A stretch of DNA of 64,000 nt. Source: an uncultured Candidatus Saccharibacteria bacterium. GTDB taxonomy: Bacteria > Patescibacteriota > Dojkabacteria > CAZCSM01. The translations under genes were made by a program, and so were the position numbers. Below are positions 9,654-19,328 of the stretch, piece by piece. Numbering within the stretch: position 1 is the stretch's first letter; every line of letters begins with the position of its first letter. The notes under the pieces are model-generated. The model searched no databases, was not told the DNA's origin, and saw only the letters and a program-made list of their open reading frames with translations. The stretch spans positions 5,884 through 69,883 of the forward strand of contig CAZCSM010000002.1 in NCBI GenBank assembly GCA_964501355.1, in the 5' to 3' direction.

Positions 9654-11171
9654 ATGAACGAGCCTACAATTATTGAAAAGTTAGAAAAGGAGCCAACTGA
9701 AGTTGTTGAAACTCCTGTTGATGTTAAGAAAGGAAAGACTGGTTTAGGATTATTGGTAATAGTAATTGCACTTGTTATTGTTTTCCCCTTGGCTGTTCTA
9801 GGATATCTTTTTGCAACCGGCCAACTTCATTTGGGTGATGGGACGAATGGGGAAGAGGATGTTGTAGAGGAGGAAGATTCTCAAGAAGAAACGCCATTAA
9901 CTGAATCGGCAAGTCATATGCTCATAGAACAAATGTTAAGCGACTTGGATATTGATGCAGAAGTTACACAAATAGAAATTGATTGGAGAACAGAAGATTC
10001 TGACATTACGATTTCTCTTGATAATGGATATAGCTTTGAAATAAAGGACAAAAAATATGAAAATGTTGAAGCAATAGTTGATTGGTTAACTAAAGAAGGT
10101 TTTTCTGATGATATGTTTAATGTAGCTGATGGACCTCAGGGTGGTAATTGGGGTTATTATAAGAATGATTTAGGATGCATAGTTAGTCATACGGATGTTA
10201 ACTTTATGGGTCCGAATGAAGATGGTACTTTTCCAGAATATGAAGAGAGTCGAACAATAATTGTCTCATGTGGGGAAGGTGTGGAGATTGTTGAAGATGA
10301 AGCTGTATCAGAGGAACTTTCCGGTGAATATATTGGAATTACAACTGATGTTTTAGATGGTTCGGAATATTATCAGTTCCAAAATGTGGATATGGTGAAT
10401 TCTCAATCTACGGTTTATTTGGTAAATAAGGATTCTGTTTCTTCTCTTAATTTGGATTTGGTTGAGGGAACGACATATACGATAACAGGAGAAAAGAACG
10501 AGCTTGAAGGTGGTGCAGCAGCAGGAACTACGTATGTTGAAGTGGTTGATGTGACATCAATTTTAGATGCGGGTGTTGCAGATTCTTATGTACATCAAGA
10601 TTCATCTTTAGTGTCGCGGGAGTATGAAGATATAGAATTTGACGTACCTGAAATTTATGAATTTGCTGACAGAGAAGATGATGCATGGCTGAGTTGTCGT
10701 GGAGGTGAATCTCAAAAGATGTTGCTAAGTGGACCTGCGCAATTACTGGAAGATAATCCTCAAATGAAACTTCCGTCAGATACGGATTCAGATTTCTATG
10801 AGGATTATTTTAAGGCTACGATTTGTTATTTTGACAATGAAGGTGATTTGAGTTTAGAAGATTTTATTAAATCTGAAGATAGATGGTGGAACGGCGTTGA
10901 AGATATCACGGTAGTTGATCCGAATCCCGGGGATAGGATTTACGAGAACAGTGAACCGGTAGATATAAATGGGTTTGAAACAGTTACTTTTGAAGGAATA
11001 TTATATTACGAGGGTTGGACACGGACTTCTTTTGTAAAAGATTTTGATACAGGTCGAATCTATATTTTTGATTTGGATGGAAATGGACCAGTTGGTGTTG
11101 ATAACGGCGTCACAGATACGGCTACAAATGTTTTTGATGAGATGGTGCAATCTATTACTAAGGTCAATTAA
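9654..11171 (+). CDS. Acidic single-pass membrane-anchored hypothetical protein
   Basis: 505-aa ORF; N-terminal TM; D/E-rich extracellular part. Confidence 0.7.
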   Translation: MNEPTIIEKLEKEPTEVVETPVDVKKGKTGLGLLVIVIALVIVFPLAVLGYLFATGQLHLGDGTNGEEDVVEEEDSQEETPLTESASHMLIEQMLSDLDIDAEVTQIEIDWRTEDSDITISLDNGYSFEIKDKKYENVEAIVDWLTKEGFSDDMFNVADGPQGGNWGYYKNDLGCIVSHTDVNFMGPNEDGTFPEYEESRTIIVSCGEGVEIVEDEAVSEELSGEYIGITTDVLDGSEYYQFQNVDMVNSQSTVYLVNKDSVSSLNLDLVEGTTYTITGEKNELEGGAAAGTTYVEVVDVTSILDAGVADSYVHQDSSLVSREYEDIEFDVPEIYEFADREDDAWLSCRGGESQKMLLSGPAQLLEDNPQMKLPSDTDSDFYEDYFKATICYFDNEGDLSLEDFIKSEDRWWNGVEDITVVDPNPGDRIYENSEPVDINGFETVTFEGILYYEGWTRTSFVKDFDTGRIYIFDLDGNGPVGVDNGVTDTATNVFDEMVQSITKVN

Positions 11172-11204
11172 CTTGTAATGATTATGACTTACCAAAGTTA
11201 ATAT

Positions 11205-11243
11205 AAATACTTCTCTCGCTTGCAGGCGGGGGGAGTATTTTTT
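11205..11243 (+). terminator. Intrinsic terminator
   Basis: AAATACTTCTCTCGC-TTGCAG-GCGGGGGGAGTATTT stem (with G-U pairs) followed by T-tract. Confidence 0.6.
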
Positions 11244-11254
11244 CAATTATAACT

Positions 11255-11312
11255 AACTCTCCCTGATTTACCTTCGGTAAATCTTCCCTCTCTTTAACAA
11301 AAGAGAGGGGAA
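11255..11312. repeat. REP-like compound palindrome (CCCTCTC...GAGAGGG type)
   Basis: GATTTACC-TTC-GGTAAATC and CCCTCTCTTT-AACA-AAAGAGAGGG hairpins; related to 40401-40437 and 42898-42933. Confidence 0.55.
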
Positions 11313-11338
11313 AAAGGAACTAATTTAGCATCATACAA

Positions 11339-12244
11339 ATGGAGATTACAAAAGCAATAATTACAGCAGGTGGCAGAGGGACTCGTTTTCTTCCCGCTGT
11401 AAAAGCATATCAGAAAGAAATGATTCCGGTGATGAATAAACCTCAGTTACAGTGGATTATTGAGGAAGCTGTGGAATCAGGGATTAAACAAATTGCTATT
11501 GTTAATAGAGAAGGTGTCGATACATTTTCTCGATATTGGGCAGATGATGATAAATTGATGAAATTTTTAGAGGAAACAGGAAAATCCTCACTGATGGATT
11601 CCCTTGTTGATCTTAAAAATAAAGTGGAAATTACTATGTTTGAGCAAAAGGAATCCGATCCATATGGAAACGGAACACCTTTTCTTTTAACAAAAGATTG
11701 GACAGATGGAGAACCTATTGCTGCAATGTGGGGCGATGATATTATGGTTCGGATGGATAAAACTAAACCAACTGTTCTTGTTCAAATGATGGAATATTTT
11801 GAAAGGTACAATCCTGCTGCCGTGATGTCTGTTTTCGAAGCTCCAATCGGATCTATCCCTAAGGGTGGTAGATATGAGTATTTTTCAGAAATGGAATCAG
11901 AAATTCCATATCATGCAAAGAGGGTAATCGAAAAGCCTTCAATAGAAGAAGCTCCCTCGCAATTTGAAAATTCATGTAGATTCATTTTGGGGCCGGAAGT
12001 ATTCATAGAGCTAGAGCAGCGAATTAAAGGTATGGGCGGAGAGATTTGGTTAGTAGACTCTGTTAATCGTCTTATGGAAAAGGGACTACTGGTTATTGCT
12101 CATCCGTGGGAAGGGTTCAAAGTGGTTCCCTGTGGAGATCCTATCCATTGGCTGCAAGGGAATCTTTTAGTTGCCCTTTACAGCGGCGAATTTGATAGTG
12201 AAAAGTCTGAATTGATTGAATTCATAAAGAATCTTCACCTGTAG
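11339..12244 (+). CDS. galU: UTP-glucose-1-phosphate uridylyltransferase-like nucleotidyltransferase
   Basis: KAIITAGGRGTRFLPAVKAYQKEMIPV, EEAVESGI, GDD, IEKP, GEIWLVD. Confidence 0.75.
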   Translation: MEITKAIITAGGRGTRFLPAVKAYQKEMIPVMNKPQLQWIIEEAVESGIKQIAIVNREGVDTFSRYWADDDKLMKFLEETGKSSLMDSLVDLKNKVEITMFEQKESDPYGNGTPFLLTKDWTDGEPIAAMWGDDIMVRMDKTKPTVLVQMMEYFERYNPAAVMSVFEAPIGSIPKGGRYEYFSEMESEIPYHAKRVIEKPSIEEAPSQFENSCRFILGPEVFIELEQRIKGMGGEIWLVDSVNRLMEKGLLVIAHPWEGFKVVPCGDPIHWLQGNLLVALYSGEFDSEKSELIEFIKNLHL

Positions 12245-12281
12245 TAACATGATTTTTTGAGCTTGATGTTGAATTGATTTT

Positions 12282-12524
12282 TTAAATTTCTGCAGATTTA
12301 CCAAGAAGTTGAAGCGCCTCTTCATGTAGAGTTGGATTTAGATGTTGATGAAGTTCATTTAGAAAACTAATTGATTGTTTCCGCAGGAGTATTTGTGCGC
12401 CCGAATCCTCATAATCAACTCCTCCATCTGGCGCTATCACGGATTTCGCAAGTTGCATTGCGAAGTCAACATAACACTGCGCATCAGTGCACTGGCAAAT
12501 TGCTTCAATTATTTCAGACTCCAT
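12282..12524 (-). CDS. Small hypothetical protein
   Basis: 80-aa ORF filling the intergenic gap; no recognisable motif. Confidence 0.4.
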   Translation of the reverse strand: MESEIIEAICQCTDAQCYVDFAMQLAKSVIAPDGGVDYEDSGAQILLRKQSISFLNELHQHLNPTLHEEALQLLGKSAEI

Positions 12525-12700
12525 CCTATTCAGAATTTCACCTAAATGTATTTCTTTAACAATATGTTAACAATATATTATTCCTTGGATACCTTGACAA
12601 GGGTCTTCTTTGTTTTTTCTCGTAGGCAGGAGAAATTTAATTGTTAATCCTTCCATCTTCATTTACAATGTATATATTAAGTTATGGTCTTCCATTGAAT

Positions 12701-13060
12701 ATGAATTCTAAGAAATCCTTAAGTGATACGAAAATAGTCGTTGACGGAAATGGTGTACATGTAGTCGAAGATTCTACGAAAAATAAAATACTACTAATTT
12801 CCATCGTTGTAATAATCTTCGTCGTTAGCATTGGATTGATCGCCTGGGTAGTAATAAAGGAAAACTATTACCGAGAAGAGGAAATTCAGGTCAAAAGATT
12901 TCCTGGCCAAGCTGAAGAATTCGTTGCACAGAACGACAAACAGGAGACTTTATTATTAGTTAAGGATGAAATTGACACAATAGAATCTGATATTGAAGAG
13001 TTTTATTCTTTGCTTAATGATAAAGATGCAAATGAATATGGGGTATTGTTAATTAAATAA
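12701..13060 (+). CDS. Small single-pass membrane hypothetical protein
   Basis: ATG 12701; one TM followed by an acidic helical tail. Confidence 0.6.
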   Translation: MNSKKSLSDTKIVVDGNGVHVVEDSTKNKILLISIVVIIFVVSIGLIAWVVIKENYYREEEIQVKRFPGQAEEFVAQNDKQETLLLVKDEIDTIESDIEEFYSLLNDKDANEYGVLLIK

Positions 13061-13094
13061 TTTAAGGAATATTCTGTGGAGAATTTGGTCTTAT

Positions 13095-13295
13095 ATTACT
13101 TTTGTAGCCTAGAATCCCATTTGTCATACTTCGCCAAGGCTTCGTATGACATTTTCCCTTAACAAGGGAAATCTAGTAACCAAAAGCTCTGGGGGGAATG
13201 AGTGTCCTCCAAGCACGAACTTTTTAGAAATAGCAACCGACATCATTCGCCCCAGACCCCAGGTTTGAACAATCGAATACAGATAACAAGGGGAA
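13095..13295. repeat. Structured dispersed element, copy 2 (first hairpin interrupted by a nested palindromic insert)
   Basis: TTACTTTTG...[insert ~13109-13175]...GTAACCAAAAG; stem 13188-13201/13243-13256; CCCC...GGGG; ATACAGATAACAAGGGGAA end. Confidence 0.85.
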
Positions 13296-13343
13296 AACAC
13301 CGGGGTATGTGTCAGGAATTGTAACTGTTTAAGATAACTTAAT

Positions 13344-14006
13344 ATGACAATGTCTTTTTGGACGCCGAAAAAGAAATTCAGGGTAGTTTTGTGGATAGTT
13401 CAAATCCTGATAATATTTATTCTCTCCTGGATTATTTCCTCCAATTTTCTCTGGAGTGCTTCGGATGATTACAAGAGCGTTTCAGAAAAATATTTAGAAA
13501 CAAAAGAACAATATTCTCAATCAAACATTGCAGAAGAGAGGGAACAGCTTTTTTCTAATACCCTCGATTATGCCACTGCTTCGATAGATCAGATGCTCAA
13601 TCGTTGTTTGGAACTACAGAACTCGATCGAAAATTTCTCCTGGTTAGCGGACGAAGATCGGGCAACCGTTATTTCCCAGATAGATGAGGAGACTCAATAT
13701 TTAGAAAAACAGAGAAATCAAATTTTAACGGCTGCAGATGAAGATGAAGTTCAGGTGCTTTTCAAGCCCGTCTTTGAGAACTGGAAAAGTTTTAAATCAG
13801 ATCTCAGTTCCGTCTCTCGCGAAATCTTTTATTCGACGCTTTTGAAAAAGTGTGAAGGTTTTTCTGAGTTGGAAGATATGACTATTGTTGACTCAGATTT
13901 AGAACTTCGAAGGTATGCAGATTTTACCACCGCGTGTGAGGATTGGAAGGTAGAAGACGTTGACTTGTCGGATTCTCTACTTGAATGGATCAAGGTAATC
14001 GAGTAA
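13344..14006 (+). CDS. Membrane-anchored helical hypothetical protein
   Basis: 220-aa ORF; N-terminal TM, then coiled-coil-like helices. Confidence 0.65.
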   Translation: MTMSFWTPKKKFRVVLWIVQILIIFILSWIISSNFLWSASDDYKSVSEKYLETKEQYSQSNIAEEREQLFSNTLDYATASIDQMLNRCLELQNSIENFSWLADEDRATVISQIDEETQYLEKQRNQILTAADEDEVQVLFKPVFENWKSFKSDLSSVSREIFYSTLLKKCEGFSELEDMTIVDSDLELRRYADFTTACEDWKVEDVDLSDSLLEWIKVIE

Positions 14007-14011
14007 GTATT

Positions 14012-15208
14012 TTAAACTATTCTCGCTCCATCATCCGGTTGGCAAAAATGTACGCTGTAGAGCTCTGATACATCAGGATGTTGTTTAGGATAGAGGTCTT
14101 TAATTCTTTCCACAATTTCCTCCCGATGGTCGGGATCTGTTATTCCAATACAAGAACCTCGGAATCCTGCACCGGAAAACCTTGCTCCGTAGACACCTTG
14201 CGTTTCTTTCAGGATATCAAATACTGTCTTTAAATGTGGACTTCCTGACTCATAATCATTTACGGAACTTTCTCCAGACTCCATAATTAGCTTTCCGAAG
14301 TTTTCAAGATCTCCGGTCTTCCAGGCTGCTACACCATCACGAACTCTTTGTACTTCTGTAAAAAAATGTTTAACTCTTCTGTCAATTGGATCAGGAAGTT
14401 CATCTTTATGAGCAAGCCAAACCTCTCTTGGAACCATTCTTAGTTTAGGTGTTTCCGGAACTTCCATATCCGCAAGCTCCATAAGTCTTCGTGCTCCTTC
14501 TCGACATTCGTAAACTCTGTTATTGTAGTCAGTTCCCGTTAGGGCTTTGCTTAATCCGGAATATACGACAACGACATCATATGGTTTCTTGAATCCACAC
14601 GGAATATTTTCAAATTCTTCGCTCCGACAATCCATGTATGTCAACTGATCCTTTTGACTTAATAAAATAATAGATTGATCAAGAATTCCATTTTTCAAAC
14701 CCAAATATTCATTTTCAATATATCTATCTAAATGAATATTTTCCTTTGCTGAAATATTTAAACCATTGCATTCTTCAATAGCTAATAGGCAGGCAACACC
14801 TGTTGCAGCAGATGAACTAAGTCCTCCAATTGGCATGTTCCCTTCGATTAACGCGTTCATTCCACGTTTCAAATTATGTTTTTGTTCTATTGCGAGGGCC
14901 GCACCCTTAACATAGTTTCCCCATTCCTTTCCGTTCATTGCCGGAATTTTATTTACGGAGAAGTCAACTGTGCCGGGGAAATTTAAACTGTCTATTATTA
15001 CCTTATCATCATCTCTTGGAACAAATGCAAGCAAGATGGATTTATCAATAGTCATTCCGGTTACAAGTCCCAGTTGGTGATCTACATGGGCTCCAAGAGG
15101 TGCAACTCTAAGTGGGGAAATAGCTACCTTTACATCTTTGAGGGAACAACCGACCTGATCTGATAATGATTTTTTTAATTTTTCGATTCTCTCCTCAATT
15201 GTTTCCAT
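14012..15208 (-). CDS. GHMP sugar kinase, galactokinase family (galacturonokinase-like)
   Basis: PLRVAPLGAHVDHQ, PIGGLSSSAA, NGILDQ, GARFSGAGFRG. Confidence 0.85.
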   Translation of the reverse strand: METIEERIEKLKKSLSDQVGCSLKDVKVAISPLRVAPLGAHVDHQLGLVTGMTIDKSILLAFVPRDDDKVIIDSLNFPGTVDFSVNKIPAMNGKEWGNYVKGAALAIEQKHNLKRGMNALIEGNMPIGGLSSSAATGVACLLAIEECNGLNISAKENIHLDRYIENEYLGLKNGILDQSIILLSQKDQLTYMDCRSEEFENIPCGFKKPYDVVVVYSGLSKALTGTDYNNRVYECREGARRLMELADMEVPETPKLRMVPREVWLAHKDELPDPIDRRVKHFFTEVQRVRDGVAAWKTGDLENFGKLIMESGESSVNDYESGSPHLKTVFDILKETQGVYGARFSGAGFRGSCIGITDPDHREEIVERIKDLYPKQHPDVSELYSVHFCQPDDGARIV

Positions 15209-15327
15209 TCTGAATTCTGAAAAATAGGTAAATTGATATTACCAGAATGTTCTATTTCGAACAAATTATGTGACGGTATTTGAGAAAATTCGTTGCATAG
15301 GGTACTTACTTAATTACTCTGCTTTCT

Positions 15328-16416
15328 ATGAAATTTGTTGTAATGGCAGGTGGTCTTGGTACAAAATTATGGCCCATAAGTACGGAAACTGAACCCAAAC
15401 AGTTTCTAAAAATTGTTGGAGAGAAAACCCTTTATCAGATGAATGTTGAAGGCCTACTCGAAAGATACTCTCCAGAAGACATATTTGTGTCCATTACGCC
15501 AGACTATGTTCATTTTATAGAGGAACAAACGCCACAAATTCCAAGAGAGAACTATATTGTAGAACCAATGTTCAGAGGAACGGGGCCAGCCTCCTGCTTT
15601 GCAATGTTAAAGGTTGCAGAACAATATCCAGATGAGGTCATAATGTTTTATGTTCAACCCGTTGTTGTTCGTGATCCTAACGAAAAATATCTGGATATGA
15701 TAGATGGGATGAATCGTCTTGTTGAGGAAACGGATCAATTAATAACGGGAATTAAATTCCCCGAATATATTGAAACAGGGAGTGATTTAATCGAACTTGG
15801 AGAGGAAATAGATAGATCTGACGAATTGAAATATTTCAAAGTAGAATCTTGGGTTGACGTCGTTAATAAGAGAATGTCTTATGAACAGGTCGAGAAGCTT
15901 GTTTCGACAAATAGATATGCTCTTCACTGTAATCATTATATGTGGAAACCGAACCCTTTTTTTAAGGCTGTAAAAGAATATCGATCAGATTGGTATGAAA
16001 TTCTGATGGATATGAAGTCAAAATTAGGAAAAGAAAATGAACAGGAGATTATCACAAAATTATATGCCCAGTTTTCTACTGATAGAATGGAAGTTATCAC
16101 TCAGCCATTATTTAATGCTAAAAAAGCAATGGTTGTCCTCCTTCCTTTTGAATGGACACATATCACAACTTGGGTTGACGTAGAGGAATATTATAAAGCG
16201 CATAATGTTAATTCTTCTATGGCGGATACGGTAGAAATTGATAGTGAGAATAATTTTGTTTTTACAAAAAACAAGAAACTCGTCACTTTGATAGGAATGA
16301 AAGATTTTGTTGTAATAGACAGTGGAAAAGCGTTACTAATTGCTCCCAAAAAAGAAATCAGTAAAGTTAAGGATCTAAATGATAAGGTCAATCAGTGTTA
16401 TAAGGAATATGTATAA
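15328..16416 (+). CDS. manC: Mannose-1-phosphate guanylyltransferase
   Basis: MAGGLGTKLWPIS...PKQFL, VEPMFRGTGPA, C-terminal beta-helix; directly upstream of gmd. Confidence 0.8.
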   Translation: MKFVVMAGGLGTKLWPISTETEPKQFLKIVGEKTLYQMNVEGLLERYSPEDIFVSITPDYVHFIEEQTPQIPRENYIVEPMFRGTGPASCFAMLKVAEQYPDEVIMFYVQPVVVRDPNEKYLDMIDGMNRLVEETDQLITGIKFPEYIETGSDLIELGEEIDRSDELKYFKVESWVDVVNKRMSYEQVEKLVSTNRYALHCNHYMWKPNPFFKAVKEYRSDWYEILMDMKSKLGKENEQEIITKLYAQFSTDRMEVITQPLFNAKKAMVVLLPFEWTHITTWVDVEEYYKAHNVNSSMADTVEIDSENNFVFTKNKKLVTLIGMKDFVVIDSGKALLIAPKKEISKVKDLNDKVNQCYKEYV

Positions 16417-16480
16417 CTTCTATATTTGCTAAACTGGCGGAGAAAATATTCGCAAATATTTATTTTATCAAAAAATTTTC

Positions 16481-17494
16481 ATGGCAAAGCGAGCATTAAT
16501 TACAGGATTAACAGGTCAAGATGGTTCATACCTAGCAGAACTCTTACTTGAAAAAGGATATGAGGTCGGAGGAATCGTTCGAAGACTCAGCACCCCGAAT
16601 TATTGGAGAATTGAAGGCTTTTTCGAAAAACTCAAACTTTATGATGGTGATTTAACTGATCAGAATTCTTTGGATTGGGCTGTTCAGGATTTTCAACCTG
16701 ACGAAGTCTATAATCTTGCTGCACAGTCATTTGTAAAAACAAGTTGGCAGCAACCATTGGCTACTGGTGATGTAACGGGAATGGGTGTTGTTCGGATGCT
16801 TGAGGCGTTAAGAAAGTTTTCTCCAAAAGCTAAATTCTATCAGGCTTCTACAAGTGAAATGTTTGGTAATCATGGAGCTGATTGTACACTCAATGAAGAA
16901 TCGGGATTTTATCCGACAAGCCCATACGCCATTGCAAAATTATATGGACATTATTCTGCAATCAATTATCGCGATAGCTACGGAATGTTCACGAGTTGTG
17001 GAATTTTATTCAATCACGAATCACCACGACGAGGCGTTCTGTTCGTAACCAGAAAGATTACTGACGCGGTAGCGCGAATTAAACTAGGACTTGCTGATCA
17101 TATCTCACTAGGATCTCTTGATTCTACAAGAGATTGGGGATATGCAAAGGATTATGTGAAAGCAATGTGGTTGATGCTTCAGCAGGATACGCCCGATGAC
17201 TATGTCGTTGCGACGAACAGATCTATTTCTGTAGGAGAATTCGTGGAAGCCGCTTTCAAGGCAATTGGTGAAGATGATTGGAAGAAATATGTTAGAAAGG
17301 ATCCGAGGTTCTCTCGACCATCAGATTTGAAACATTTGCGAGGAGATTATTCAAAGGCAAAAAAGAAACTTGGTTGGGAGCCGGAAACTTCTCTTGAGGA
17401 GCTTGTCGAGATGATGGTGAAAAAAGATATTGAAAATCTTGAAAACATGCCGGAGTCGGAAAGGCGAATAAATAAGAGTGAGTTTATTATTTAA
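16481..17494 (+). CDS. gmd: GDP-mannose 4,6-dehydratase
   Basis: ITGLTGQDGSYLAE, YNLAAQSFV, YQASTSEMFG, SPYAIAKLY, LFNHESPRRG. Confidence 0.95.
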   Translation: MAKRALITGLTGQDGSYLAELLLEKGYEVGGIVRRLSTPNYWRIEGFFEKLKLYDGDLTDQNSLDWAVQDFQPDEVYNLAAQSFVKTSWQQPLATGDVTGMGVVRMLEALRKFSPKAKFYQASTSEMFGNHGADCTLNEESGFYPTSPYAIAKLYGHYSAINYRDSYGMFTSCGILFNHESPRRGVLFVTRKITDAVARIKLGLADHISLGSLDSTRDWGYAKDYVKAMWLMLQQDTPDDYVVATNRSISVGEFVEAAFKAIGEDDWKKYVRKDPRFSRPSDLKHLRGDYSKAKKKLGWEPETSLEELVEMMVKKDIENLENMPESERRINKSEFII

Positions 17495-17566
17495 TTATAT
17501 AAATCACTAGTGTAGCCGTTATTTACGAATTAAGCTTTGTGTTTATGTATGAAGGATTTTAGTTGT

Positions 17567-17725
17567 GTTACTTTTGGAAACAACGCCCACAAGGGGTGCA
17601 CGAAGTAACCAAAATTTTTGAAACAACAGAACGTCAACCAGGCACGACCATAAAACAGATTGCAACCGACATCTGTTGTTTCAAGCTTCAACGGGTAACC
17701 GACCGAATACAGGTAACGAAGGGAA
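17567..17725. repeat. Structured dispersed element, copy 3
   Basis: GTTACTTTTG-GAAA-CAA[19-nt insert]AAGTAACCAAAA; perfect 13-bp stem 17618-17630/17672-17684; CAGATTGCAACC and GAATACAGGTAAC motifs. Confidence 0.85.
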
Positions 17726-17806
17726 GGAGTTAATCTTAAGATGTATGAAGAATGTTTATAGGGTAGAGATAAAATTTATCCTATGATAGTTCACTTAATC
17801 TAAATC

Positions 17807-18694
17807 ATGAAGAAAAGAGTTTTGGTAACTGGTGCGAGCGGATTCGTCGGCCCGTATCTTGTTGCTGAATTAGAAAATTCAGGCTATGAGGTTTTTGGAA
17901 TGGATCGGTCCGCCGGTTCGGATTTTCAAGCGGATTTATTAGATCCGGATTCTTTGGATCAAGTTGTTAGAAAGACGGACCCTGACTATATCTGTCATCT
18001 TGCCGGTTTCAGCTCGGTGAAAGATAGTTTTGACAATCCCGAACTTTGTAAAAAGATTAACGTCGATGGGACGAGGAATTTATTATCTTCCGTCAAAAGG
18101 TTTTGTCCGAATGCTCGAGTGTTAATTATTACCTCAGCCCACGTTTACGGTGAGCCGGAGTACAATCCAATTGATGAACTTCACCCGCTGAATCCAAACA
18201 GCCCATATGCAGAAAGCCGTGTTGAGCAAGAAACGCTGGTATTAGACTCCGGTTTAGATGTCGTAATTTCCCGAAGTTTCAATCATACCGGGCCGGGACA
18301 GCAAAGGGGCTTTGTTTGTCCAGATTTCATCTATGAGGTGAAGGAACTTTTAGCCGGAAAATGCGAAGAAATTAAGGTTGGGAATTTATCTGCTGAACGG
18401 GATATAAGCGATGTGAGAGATGTTGTAAAAGCCTATCGTTTGCTTCTGGAAAAAGGCAAAACAGGTGAAATTTATAATGTTTGTTCAGGACGAGCTGTTT
18501 CAATTCAATCTATATTGGATTCGATTTTAAGTCTGGCTGAACTGGACGCATCCAAAGTCATTGTTGATCCCGAGAAATTTCGACCGGTAGATGTTCCCCT
18601 CATGTATGGCGATAATTCCAAAATTAAGAAATTGGGGTGGGAACCCGAGATTGGAATTGAGGAGACATTGGGAGATATGTGGGAGAAAAAGTAA
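17807..18694 (+). CDS. rmd: GDP-4-keto-6-deoxy-D-mannose reductase-like SDR (GDP-D-rhamnose synthesis)
   Basis: VTGASGFVG, HLAGFSSV, RSFNHTGPGQ, GNLSAERDISDVRDVV, FRPVD; follows gmd. Confidence 0.7.
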   Translation: MKKRVLVTGASGFVGPYLVAELENSGYEVFGMDRSAGSDFQADLLDPDSLDQVVRKTDPDYICHLAGFSSVKDSFDNPELCKKINVDGTRNLLSSVKRFCPNARVLIITSAHVYGEPEYNPIDELHPLNPNSPYAESRVEQETLVLDSGLDVVISRSFNHTGPGQQRGFVCPDFIYEVKELLAGKCEEIKVGNLSAERDISDVRDVVKAYRLLLEKGKTGEIYNVCSGRAVSIQSILDSILSLAELDASKVIVDPEKFRPVDVPLMYGDNSKIKKLGWEPEIGIEETLGDMWEKK

Positions 18695-18808
18695 AAAGTA
18701 AAAAGGAAAAAGCAGATAAGCAGGAAAACAGGGATGCAGTAATACAGTAATACTGTAATACTGTAATACTGTAATACTGATTTATTTTTCATTGAGAATT
18801 GAAAATTG
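18690..18808. repeat. Short tandem repeats: 7-mers (AAAGTAA, ATTGAGA) and 8-mer TAATACTG
   Basis: aaagtaaaaagtaaaaagg; cagtaata cagtaata ctgtaata ctgtaata ctgtaata ctg (18737-18779); attgagaattgaaaattg. Confidence 0.7.
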
Positions 18809-18825
18809 CGGAGAGTTTAGAGAAA

Positions 18826-19197
18826 CTATCTTGTGGCACAGTTGTTTACTGATGATTGTACGGACGATAAAGCCATTTTTAATTCATTAGTATCTGCTTT
18901 CAGCCCGTTCAAGTCCTTCCCTAGGTCTGCTACATCCATTTGTAATCTAGAGACATCTTTGCGAGATTCATTAGTATCTACTCTTAATCCAGCTACATCA
19001 CGTTTCAATTCCGTGCTGTCTGATTGTAATCCGCTTATGTCGGTTCTCAACCCACCTATTTCTCTTTTCAGTTCTGCCGTATCAGTTTTCAAGCCAGTAA
19101 GATCGTTTGCAATTGTAGCGATATTCTTGTTAATTTCATCAAAGTCTTGTTGAAGAGCCTTTTGTATTAAGATTGCGTCGTCTTTTGTAAGTGCCAT
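18826..19197 (-). CDS. Heptad-repeat coiled-coil protein
   Basis: Continuous heptads such as LKTDTAE-LKREIGG-LRTDISG-LQSDSTE-LKRDVAG. Confidence 0.65.
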   Translation of the reverse strand: MALTKDDAILIQKALQQDFDEINKNIATIANDLTGLKTDTAELKREIGGLRTDISGLQSDSTELKRDVAGLRVDTNESRKDVSRLQMDVADLGKDLNGLKADTNELKMALSSVQSSVNNCATR

Positions 19198-19328
19198 TTT
19201 TTAGATTAATCTGAGTATGTTGTTAGTTTATGATTTCATGACTCATAAAGCAAGGAAAACTTTATCTTTGTGATTGGTAAGATTATCTCGCGTTAGTAAT
19301 TTCTGCTTATTTTGAGAAACTGGAAAAC

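Noticed and set aside
18833-19153. Plus-strand 106-aa ORF
   Set aside because: Antisense shadow of the heptad-repeat coiled-coil gene.
19200-19328. glmS ribozyme upstream of glmS
   Set aside because: The short AT-rich gap is shared with a divergent gene and shows no recognisable ribozyme core or stems.
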